NCBI GenBank assembly: GCA_963841995.1
Contig: CAWJEX010000004.1
Span: 3,087-67,086 of the forward strand
Source of the DNA: an uncultured Alphaproteobacteria bacterium
GTDB lineage: Bacteria > Pseudomonadota > Alphaproteobacteria > DATDPM01
DNA: 64,000 nucleotides
Direction of reading: 5' to 3'
Part shown: piece by piece, positions 8,230 through 16,219 of the stretch
How positions within the stretch are numbered: position 1 is the stretch's first letter
Layout: each line of letters starts with the position of its first letter
Program-made: the position numbers and the translations under genes
The notes under the pieces: generated by a model
Database searches by the model: none
Told to the model about the DNA's origin: nothing
The model's input: the letters and a program-made list of their open reading frames with translations, nothing else

Positions 8230-9377
8230 TGGATCAAATCTAACATTGCGATTCCGTTGTGGATTCCCAACGGGGCTCGACCGTGCGAGTCTTTGGGATG
8301 CACAAAAGAAGCAACATTCAACTGAGTGTCAAAGATCGTCGCCGTCTCGAAGCGGTTGTGGCCAACCGGAACAGCCCGCAGAAGCATGTTTGGCGGGCAC
8401 GGATTGTTCTTTTGACCGCGGCTGGTCGCGGCACAGCCGAAATCATGCGGCGGACCGGCAAGGCCAAGACCGTCATCTGGCGCTGGCAAGAGCGATTCGG
8501 ATCCGAAGGCGCCGCCGGGCTTTGGCGGGACAAGACGCGACCGTCTCGCATTCCGCCGCTGAGCGCGGATGTCGCTGAGCGCGTGCTTGCCTTGACGTTG
8601 GGTGACCCGCCCGGTGCGGCAACCCATTGGACTGGGGCGGCGATGGCTGAAGCGGTTGGAATCAGCGTCAGCTCGGTCCAACGGATATGGCGCGCCCATG
8701 GTTTGCAGCCCCATCGGGTCCGTCAATTTAAGCTCTCCAACGATCCCCGGTTCGCCGCCAAGCTGCGCGACATTGTCGGGCTTTATGTCAACCCGCCGGA
8801 TCATGCCATCGTCTTGTCGGTCGACGAAAAGAGCCAGATCCAGGCGCTCGATCGCACCCAACCGGGGTTGCCGATGAAGCGGGGCCGCGCCGGTACCATG
8901 ACCCACGACTACAAGCGCCACGGCACGACGACGCTGTTTGCCGCGCTCGACGTCCTGGAGGGCAAGGTCATTGGCCGATGCATGAAACGCCATCGCCATC
9001 AGGAGTTCATCCGCTTCCTAAGCACTATCGACGCCAACGTTCCTGCGAAAAAGGCGATCCATGTCATCATCGACAACTACGCCGCCCATAAGCATCCCAA
9101 GGTCGCGGACTGGCTCACGCGCCATCCCCGCTTCGTCTTTCACTTCACGCCGACCTCGGCTTCCTGGCTCAACGCCGTCGAGGGCTTCTTCGCCAAGCTC
9201 AGCAAGCAACGACTTAAACGCGGCGTGTTTCGATCGGTCGAAGAACTCAAGGCCGCCATCCACTGCTTCCTCGCCGAGACCAACGCACGCCCAAAGCCCT
9301 TTACCTGGACCAAAGACCCGAACAAAATCATCGCCGCCGTCAAACGAGGGCACCAAGTGTTAGATTCGATCCACTAG
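8227..9377 (+). mobile_element. IS630-family insertion sequence, apparently complete (about 1.15 kb) with terminal inverted repeats and a TA target-site duplication
   Basis: Left end CTAGTGGATCAAATCTAACATTG; the reverse complement of the right end is CTAGTGGATCGAATCTAACACTTG. That is about 22 bp of inverted repeat with 2 mismatches. TA flanks both ends (8227-8228 and 9374-9375). Confidence 0.85.
8259..9377 (+). CDS. IS630-family DDE transposase
   Basis: N-terminal HTH followed by a DDE_3 core (DEKSQIQALDR...IDNYAAHKHPKV...WLNAVEGFFAKL). The alternative start is M at 8298. Confidence 0.88.
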   Translation: MDSQRGSTVRVFGMHKRSNIQLSVKDRRRLEAVVANRNSPQKHVWRARIVLLTAAGRGTAEIMRRTGKAKTVIWRWQERFGSEGAAGLWRDKTRPSRIPPLSADVAERVLALTLGDPPGAATHWTGAAMAEAVGISVSSVQRIWRAHGLQPHRVRQFKLSNDPRFAAKLRDIVGLYVNPPDHAIVLSVDEKSQIQALDRTQPGLPMKRGRAGTMTHDYKRHGTTTLFAALDVLEGKVIGRCMKRHRHQEFIRFLSTIDANVPAKKAIHVIIDNYAAHKHPKVADWLTRHPRFVFHFTPTSASWLNAVEGFFAKLSKQRLKRGVFRSVEELKAAIHCFLAETNARPKPFTWTKDPNKIIAAVKRGHQVLDSIH

Positions 9378-9674
9378 GTCGAGCTCATCAAGGGCGCCTC
9401 GGCCCGCCACATCGCACCCGGCCCGCGACGCGGAAGAACGCTTGCGCGCCGGCTTGATGTCTTCTCCATCTTTTGGATACGCGGCGTTCCCCGAATACCG
9501 ATTGTGGCGGCTCATCGCGGTTGCTTATACCGGTTGTTTAATATATTGAAGAATCGCACCTAGGTTGAGCCGCGGGAGTAGCGGCGGCATTTGGTGCGGC
9601 GATTGCAAGATACGACCGCCAAAAGCGGTTGCAAATAGCGATCGCAGGCAACGATATCAAACGGCGGCAATTCC

Positions 9675-10004
9675 GTGCCCATCGAAACCAGGAAAATATC
9701 CTTCTCCGAATCCGAGCTCATCGACGCGATCGAAGGCTTTGCCAAGCACACGAAGCGCGCCATGCCGCCGGGCAAGACGGTCGCGTGCGGAATTAACGGC
9801 GTCGGCAATCTGTCGGTCAGCCTCACGGTGCAGAATTTGGCCGACGGCGTTAGCGTCACCACCCGATTCGATCACGCCGCGGTCGCCGCGGCCCTGATCC
9901 GCTATTGCATCGGGAAAAAGATTCCGTTGGCCAAGGCGGCGGAAAAATCGGTGCAGGCCGATGGCGCCGGCGTCGCGCTCAACCTGCGGATACCGGAAAA
10001 CTAG
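9675..10004 (+). CDS. hypothetical protein (109 aa, GTG start)
   Basis: ORF only; I recognise no domain. Confidence 0.3.
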   Translation: MPIETRKISFSESELIDAIEGFAKHTKRAMPPGKTVACGINGVGNLSVSLTVQNLADGVSVTTRFDHAAVAAALIRYCIGKKIPLAKAAEKSVQADGAGVALNLRIPEN

Positions 10005-10019
10005 ACGCCGCGCCCTCTC

Positions 10020-10796
10020 CTAAGAATGCCAGCCGGGAAACCGGTCCCGAGGCCGGAAGAAGGCCATGTCGTGATTGGGCCAGAGCTCGGCACCGGTCTC
10101 GATGGCCAGCACCTTTAGCATTCGGATGCTTTTCGACGCCATTTCTTCGTTGTCGCGCCAGCACAATCCGGGGGCAATTTCCTGCTCGAGATTTTCGGTG
10201 AGGTCAGCGGCATCGCCGCAGAGCAGGATGGGAGCACCCTTTGCCGACTCGATCAGCATCGACATATGGCCGGCGGTGTGGCCCGGGCTCTCGATGGCGC
10301 GCACCCCCGGCATGAGATCGTAGCCGATGTGCTGCAGCCGCCAGCGATAGCGGCTGGAAAAATCGTCGGCGAAATAGGCGGGATCCGCCGGCTCCCGCGC
10401 CGCTGCCAATTCCCGCGCGTGAACATGGACGTCGGCATGGGCGAATTCGTGCAAGCCGCCGGCATGATCGAAGTGCAAATGCCCGAGAAACACCACGTCG
10501 ACGTCCTTCGGCGATAAACCAAGGGCGGCCAAACGCGCGGGCAGGCACTGTTCTTCGGTCATCACCGGCGCGCCGAAGATGAAGCCCTCGTAGAAACGTT
10601 GGCACGCTGCAGGATCGGCGATTTTCCGGTAGTCGCAGCCGACGTCATAGAGAATCCGGCCCTGGGCGGTTTCGATCAAATAGGCCAGAATCGGCGCCTC
10701 GAGCATGACGCCGTGGCCTTTGTTGCGGGTCGACAGCGTCTTCTCGTAGCGATAGGTCGCAGTGAGGATCGGCCAGAATTTTTTGATCTGAGTCAT
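10020..10796 (-). CDS. MBL-fold metallo-hydrolase, N-acyl-homoserine-lactonase-like
   Basis: HLHFDHAGG (HxHxDH zinc motif) plus downstream H and D ligands. Similar overall to AttM/AiiB-type lactonases. Confidence 0.75.
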   Translation of the reverse strand: MTQIKKFWPILTATYRYEKTLSTRNKGHGVMLEAPILAYLIETAQGRILYDVGCDYRKIADPAACQRFYEGFIFGAPVMTEEQCLPARLAALGLSPKDVDVVFLGHLHFDHAGGLHEFAHADVHVHARELAAAREPADPAYFADDFSSRYRWRLQHIGYDLMPGVRAIESPGHTAGHMSMLIESAKGAPILLCGDAADLTENLEQEIAPGLCWRDNEEMASKSIRMLKVLAIETGAELWPNHDMAFFRPRDRFPGWHS

Positions 10797-10816
10797 GAGC
10801 TAGGCTTTCAGATTAA

Positions 10817-11860
10817 TCAGATGGTGACCAAGAAATTGACGCCAATCGCCCCAATATATCCGGCCGCGCGATCGCCCTCGGGAGCCACCGTTCCGTAATC
10901 GGCGGCAAAGACGCGGGCAACCCGGTGCTTGTGATAACTCGCCAGAGGTGTCCGGCAGGGCATCACCTGGCGGTCGCCGTCGCCGTAGAGCGAGCGATGC
11001 AATTCAGGCAATTGATACCAGGGCAAAGCGGGGCGCGTGTGATGGGCATTGTGGTAGGGAAAATTCATGACCAGGAGATTGAGCCACGGCATACGGAGCG
11101 AAACCAAATTTGAATAAGTGTTCTCGTATTCATATTTCCGCTGGCGCGCCAATTCGTCGGGGGCCTTGTCCAGCGACCGGGTCGCGAAGACGTTATAAGT
11201 GTGCTGGACGCATCCATGAAACGCATCACATTGACGAAGAGCAAATACGCCAGAGCGTAAAGTAGAACTGCTTTGATCGAAATAAAGGCGAGGCCGACAA
11301 AAAACGCGGCGCGCACGAGGACGATGGCACCCGTGCGGACACGATCTTGCGGGGTGCCGTATTGGAAACGGTGTAGCGATGACGAGCCCGCGCAGCAGGA
11401 TTTCCACCGCCAGCAAATAGATCCATTCCAAAGCCAGCACCAAGCGCTGCGCCCAGGGAGGCGCCGCATTCAGCACGGCGCGATAGTCGAAGGTCACCAC
11501 GTCCAGCCAGTCCGCATGGTGGCGAAGATATTTTTCCGTCAGCCCCTTATAGGTCGCAAGGCAAGCGCCGTTGAACCAAGTCAGCGCCTCGCCCAGCCGC
11601 TCATTGGCCTTGGGCGACGCGAAGATCGTGTTGTGGGCGCATTCGTGAATCAAATAGGCGGAATAGACGAGCGTGTGAGCGGTCAATACGACGCCGAGCC
11701 CGTTTAGCGCCCATTCCGGGCGCGTCAGCAGCCAGACGCCTGCACCCCAGCCGAAAAATGCATGGGCGATCGCCAGCAGATTTGGCGTGGCACCATCGGG
11801 ATATCGAAACAACGCGCTCAAATCAATTTTCCAGCGTTTACGGTTAATGTGCCCATCCAA
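10817..11860 (-). CDS. fatty acid desaturase family protein, with two internal frameshifts
   Basis: His boxes HECAHN, HHADW-like and HNAHHTRP are present. The central about 70 aa are nonsense in this frame, while an overlapping frame (ORF 11065..11469) gives a sensible TM sequence. Confidence 0.6.
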   Translation of the reverse strand: MDGHINRKRWKIDLSALFRYPDGATPNLLAIAHAFFGWGAGVWLLTRPEWALNGLGVVLTAHTLVYSAYLIHECAHNTIFASPKANERLGEALTWFNGACLATYKGLTEKYLRHHADWLDVVTFDYRAVLNAAPPWAQRLVLALEWIYLLAVEILLRGLVIATPFPIRHPARSCPHGCHRPRARRVFCRPRLYFDQSSSTLRSGVFALRQCDAFHGCVQHTYNVFATRSLDKAPDELARQRKYEYENTYSNLVSLRMPWLNLLVMNFPYHNAHHTRPALPWYQLPELHRSLYGDGDRQVMPCRTPLASYHKHRVARVFAADYGTVAPEGDRAAGYIGAIGVNFLVTI

Positions 11861-12013
11861 GAATCAGGTTCGGGGCTCGCTGCCGTCCAAATGGGCAGAA
11901 AAAACGTTGCAGCGGCCTCATAGCCCCGGATCACCGGGAATCTGGCAAGCGACGTGCCAATCGCGATCGGGATTTTGCGCGTTAACGATGAAATTGAGAT
12001 GGGCCGCTCGGAG

Positions 12014-12419
12014 CTAGAGATGCTCGCGCTCGACGTCTTCGCAGGAGAGATCGAGTTCGTTCAATCCTTCTTCGAGGAAATCGGCCAGCAAAGGAATTCC
12101 AAGCAGATAGTCGGCGGCTTTTTTGTCGACGACGGTCAGGGCTTCGCGCTGGGCTTCGTCCCATTCTTCGCCGGTGTAATCGCCGCGGCCGAGCCAGGAC
12201 AGGGCGATCAAATCCCCGATCTCATCTTGATTGAGACTCTTGGAGAAAACTCTTCAGTTCCTGATAGGTGGCGTCGTCCGGATAGTTGGCGAGCACTTCG
12301 CGCATGTCGTCGTCGGCGGGATTGGAGCCGTCTTCCTCGGTTTCCGTGTCCTCCTTTACGTCGAATTCGCGGGCCTTGATGATGATGAAACAAACTTTGT
12401 CGAGGGCGATGTTCATCAT
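12014..12419 (-). CDS. DUF3775-family protein, frameshifted near 12211-12222
   Basis: N-terminal part MMNIALDKVCFIIIKAREFDVKE... and C-terminal part ...IALSWLGRGDYTGEEWDEAQREAL sit in adjacent frames and together form a typical DUF3775 protein. Confidence 0.55.
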
Positions 12420-12567
12420 GCCGGGTGCTCCAAAGGCTAATAGTCGAACCCGCCGATATTAGCATTTGCGGCCGCCCGGGCCAAACCGAGCGGCCTCGTT
12501 GCGGCTTCCGCGCGGCAAGCTTGGCCGATAAGCTGGACCGACGTTAAGGATTTGGGATCGGGACGCC

Positions 12568-13551
12568 ATGGCGCACGTTTTGCGCATCGCCACTTTCAAC
12601 CTGGAAAATCTCGACGACAAGCCGGGGCTTCTACCGGGAATCGAAGAGCGCAGCGTCATTCTTCGCCCGCAATTGCTGCGCCTTAACGCGGACGTTTTAT
12701 GCCTGCAGGAAGTGAATGCCCAGCAAGCGGCGCGGCACGGTCCCCGCGAGCTTCGCGCTCTCGACAAGCTTCTGGGCGATACGCCCTATGCCGAGTTTCA
12801 CCGGGTCGTTTCCGAAGCGCGCGCCCACAAGGGCCCATCGGATGTCCACAATCTGGTGGTCCTCAGCCACTTTCCAGTCATCGAGCATCGCCAGTATTGG
12901 CATGACCTGGTGCCGCCGCTGCAATGGCGCTCGCTGACGAGCCAGCCGCCCGCGCAAGCCCGCGAGGACGTGACCTGGGACCGGCCGGTTCTGCACGCAG
13001 TACTCGATATCGGCAATACGCGCCCGCTTCACGTTTTCAATCTGCATTTGCGCGCGGCACTCGCGGCCTTCATTCCCGGCCAGAAGGCGAGCCGCGAGAG
13101 CTGGAATAGCGTCCGGGGCTGGGCGGAAGGATTTTTCCTCACCGGTCTCAAGCGTGCGGGCCAGTCGCTGGAAGCCCGGATCGCCGTCGACCAACTGTTC
13201 GACGCGGATTCATCGGCGCTGATCGCGGTCTGCGGGGATTTCAATGCGGGCGGCCGGGAAACGCCGGTCCGTGCCATTCGCGCCGACGTGGAAGACACCG
13301 GCAATGCCGCGCTCGCCAACCGCGCCTTGACGGCATTGGAACGCTCGCTGCCCGAAGCAAAGCGCTTTTCGGTCAAGCATGGTGGCGTACCGGTATTGCT
13401 CGATCACTTGCTGGTGTCGAAGACGCTCGCAAGCTGGTGCAGCCGCGCCGAAATCCACAATGAGGGGCTGCACGACGAATTGATCGAAGCCGGCAGGGCA
13501 CTGCCGGAATCCTTCCACGCTCCGGTGGCTGCGGAATTCGCGATTCCGTAG
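12568..13551 (+). CDS. endonuclease/exonuclease/phosphatase (EEP) family protein
   Basis: IATFNLENL...LCLQEV...CGDFN...LDHLLVS are EEP catalytic motifs. Confidence 0.8.
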   Translation: MAHVLRIATFNLENLDDKPGLLPGIEERSVILRPQLLRLNADVLCLQEVNAQQAARHGPRELRALDKLLGDTPYAEFHRVVSEARAHKGPSDVHNLVVLSHFPVIEHRQYWHDLVPPLQWRSLTSQPPAQAREDVTWDRPVLHAVLDIGNTRPLHVFNLHLRAALAAFIPGQKASRESWNSVRGWAEGFFLTGLKRAGQSLEARIAVDQLFDADSSALIAVCGDFNAGGRETPVRAIRADVEDTGNAALANRALTALERSLPEAKRFSVKHGGVPVLLDHLLVSKTLASWCSRAEIHNEGLHDELIEAGRALPESFHAPVAAEFAIP

Positions 13552-13568
13552 AGCGGAGGTAAAGAGTT

Positions 13569-14051
13569 CTAAAGCTCTTTACCAATTTTGGCGTCGATGG
13601 AAAGCGGCCCGCCGCCGCGCAAGAAAATCGCGAAGCAAACGACGGCCCACAACATGGCGTATTCGTAGCCGCCGCTCCCGGCGAAGAATCCGTTTTTCAA
13701 GTGAACGCAGAGAAACGCGATGGTGAGCGAAATCGTCGCCGCACCCGCGCCCAGCCTTGTCAGGAATCCGAAGGCGATCATCAACCCGCCGAAAAATTCG
13801 GTGCCGGCGAGCAAATAGGCCCAAAGCGTCGGCGGCGTGAAACCCATTCCGGCGACCATTTCGGTCACCTTGTCCATGCCCGGGCCGTTGAACATGCCGA
13901 ACAGTTTTTGTGCGCCATGGGGAACCAGATCGATGCCGGCGAAAAATCGAATCAGCGGCCAATAGGCGCATTTGCCGAAGCGGTAGACCGGCGCCATGAA
14001 TGGAAAGATGAGTTCCGGCGGTTTGGTGTGGCAGGCAGCAGGTTCGTTCAT
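13569..14051 (-). CDS. DoxX-family membrane protein
   Basis: Four TM segments and a DoxX-like sequence (LIRFFAGIDLVPHGAQKLFG). Confidence 0.75.
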   Translation of the reverse strand: MNEPAACHTKPPELIFPFMAPVYRFGKCAYWPLIRFFAGIDLVPHGAQKLFGMFNGPGMDKVTEMVAGMGFTPPTLWAYLLAGTEFFGGLMIAFGFLTRLGAGAATISLTIAFLCVHLKNGFFAGSGGYEYAMLWAVVCFAIFLRGGGPLSIDAKIGKEL

Positions 14052-14119
14052 GGTCGCTCCCCCTTATTGGCCCCCTTGTTAGCGGTCGCGTTGCGGTTTG
14101 CGACGGCTTTCCTGCGACT

Positions 14120-16219
14120 CTACATCCCTTCGCGCCGCCAGGCGAGGGCCAGCAGCCCCAGTGCCGCCAGCATCACGAAGGTGGCCGGCAGCAGCGGGAC
14201 TTCGTGAACGCCAGTCACGACATAATCGCGATTGGCCAGGAAGCCGAGCCACGAGGTGTTACCCGATTGACCGAACGCCGAGCGGCCGCGCTTCACCCGT
14301 TTGGCATCGAGCTCATGGCCGTCGGCCAGCCAGAAAATTCCGCCGCCGGTCGCAGCCGCGACATCTTTCAATTTCTGATCGGTGGCGCGCACATCCGAGA
14401 GTTCGATCGGCCGCAAGGCGCCGACCGCGGCCACCGCCGAGCGCTCGCCGTCGAAAAACCGGTAGAGCCCCGGCGCGTCCACCGCAATCGTGGCACTGGC
14501 TTGTCCATGATCCTCGGGGCCGAGGGAAATTGCTTCGGTGGCGCCGGATGGTCTCGTCATTGTCACCGGCGATGTCGTGGGTTCGAGGCTGCGGCGGGTG
14601 ATTTCGATGCGGTTGCCCTGGACGCGAGCGGAGAGTGCATTCTCCTCGAGCTCCGGCTCCTTCATCAGCCAATGGGCCAAGCGCCGGATCAGCTCGGCAT
14701 GGGGTCCGCCGTTCTCGAAGCCGCGCGACCACAGCCAGATCTGATCGCTCAGAAGCTGGGCCACCCGGCCTTTGCCGAAGCGGTCCAAAATCAGAATGGG
14801 ACGGTCGCCGATGCCGCCCATCAGCACCTCGCCCTCCTTGGCGTCGGCGTCGATTTGGCGGAACCAGCGGCCCCATTGCGGATCGGTGCCGTCGGCACCC
14901 GTGAGCTCGGCAGTGACCGGATGGCGGCGCCCGGCGTCGGTGACCTTGGGCTTGAAGCCGCGCTCGGTGACGTCGCCGGTGGGAGCACCAGGAAGAATCT
15001 GCGACAGCGAAGACCGGTAGAGACTGGACTCGGTCGCAAAATCCGGTCCTGCAACTTCCAAGAGCGCGCCGCCTTCCTTCACGTAATTCACGATGTTGTC
15101 ATAGTAATCCGGCGGCAGCAGCCCGCGACGCTGATAATGATCGAAGATCACCAGATCGAATTCGTGCAGCTTGACCTCGAACAATTCCTGAATCGGAAAG
15201 GCGATCAGAGAAAGCTCGCGGACCGGCGTCAAATCGAGTTTGTCGGGCGGACGCAAAATGGTGAAATGGATGAGATCCACGGCGGGATCGGATTTGAGCA
15301 AATTGCGCCACACCCGCTCGCCCGGATAAGGCTCGCCCGATACCAGCAGCACGCGAAGCCGGTCGCGGACACCGTTGACCACGACGACCGCGCGGTTGTT
15401 TTCCAGGGTGAGCTCGTGGGGACCCGGCTCGGCCTCGATCTCGAACACGTTTTCGCCGGGATGATCGATGGGAAGCTCGATGGTCTCGGCCTTCCCGGTT
15501 TCGATGTCATCGGTGATAGCATCGCCTTGATCGCGGCGGATGGTGAGGCGCGCGGGTTCGATGACGTTCTCGCCGTCATCGACCTTGAGCGTGATCTTGA
15601 GTTGCTGGCCGACCAATCCGAAGCGCGGCGTTTGTTCGACGACGAGACGGCGGTCTTTCTCATTGCGGTCGCCGGTGATGAGCACATGGAGCGGCGCCTC
15701 GAGGGGAAGATGTTTCAGATCCTCTGGCACGTCGTGAACCTGTCCATCGGTGATGAAGACGGCGCCGCCGACCCGCCGCCGCGGCACATCGGCCAAGGCT
15801 TGATCGAGGGATTCGAATAAATAGGTGCCGTCGCGCTGAAGGCCGGTGCCCGTGCCATTCGCCACCGCGCCGTTCTCGGGGGAGCGCACCACGCGGACTT
15901 CGAGATCGTCGAATCCGGCAAGCAGCTTGTCGAGTTCGGCCAGCGCCGATTCGGTGCGCGTTTGCCGTTTCCCGATCGCCTGGCTCGGCGATTGATCGAC
16001 GACGACGACCGCCACGTCCTTGCGGGGATTGCGCTCTTCTTCCACGAAAGACGGATTCAGCAACACGCCCGAAAGCAAGGCGAGGATGAGTACGCGCCAC
16101 AAACCGCCGCGCGGGCGCAAAAATCCGATCACGGCGACGCCCAGCGCCGCGAGCGCCAGCAAACCGCCGGTGACGGGCCAAGAGAAAAGCGGCGCGAGAG
16201 CGATGCTGGTGCCGGTCAT
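14120..16219 (-). CDS. large membrane-anchored protein, last gene of the MoxR operon (BatD-like context)
   Basis: 699 aa with N- and C-terminal TM segments. It sits immediately downstream of the DUF4159 protein with a 4-bp overlap. Confidence 0.55.
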   Translation of the reverse strand: MTGTSIALAPLFSWPVTGGLLALAALGVAVIGFLRPRGGLWRVLILALLSGVLLNPSFVEEERNPRKDVAVVVVDQSPSQAIGKRQTRTESALAELDKLLAGFDDLEVRVVRSPENGAVANGTGTGLQRDGTYLFESLDQALADVPRRRVGGAVFITDGQVHDVPEDLKHLPLEAPLHVLITGDRNEKDRRLVVEQTPRFGLVGQQLKITLKVDDGENVIEPARLTIRRDQGDAITDDIETGKAETIELPIDHPGENVFEIEAEPGPHELTLENNRAVVVVNGVRDRLRVLLVSGEPYPGERVWRNLLKSDPAVDLIHFTILRPPDKLDLTPVRELSLIAFPIQELFEVKLHEFDLVIFDHYQRRGLLPPDYYDNIVNYVKEGGALLEVAGPDFATESSLYRSSLSQILPGAPTGDVTERGFKPKVTDAGRRHPVTAELTGADGTDPQWGRWFRQIDADAKEGEVLMGGIGDRPILILDRFGKGRVAQLLSDQIWLWSRGFENGGPHAELIRRLAHWLMKEPELEENALSARVQGNRIEITRRSLEPTTSPVTMTRPSGATEAISLGPEDHGQASATIAVDAPGLYRFFDGERSAVAAVGALRPIELSDVRATDQKLKDVAAATGGGIFWLADGHELDAKRVKRGRSAFGQSGNTSWLGFLANRDYVVTGVHEVPLLPATFVMLAALGLLALAWRREGM

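Noticed and set aside
14204-15820. 538-aa plus-strand ORF plus several other long ORFs (16433-17740 minus, 45372-46373 minus, 62571-63971 minus, 56388-57179 minus)
   Set aside because: Each lies antisense or out of frame to a well-supported conserved gene (MoxR-operon membrane protein, DUF4159 protein, ilvE, EF-G-like, hpnI). Long spurious ORFs are expected at about 65% GC.
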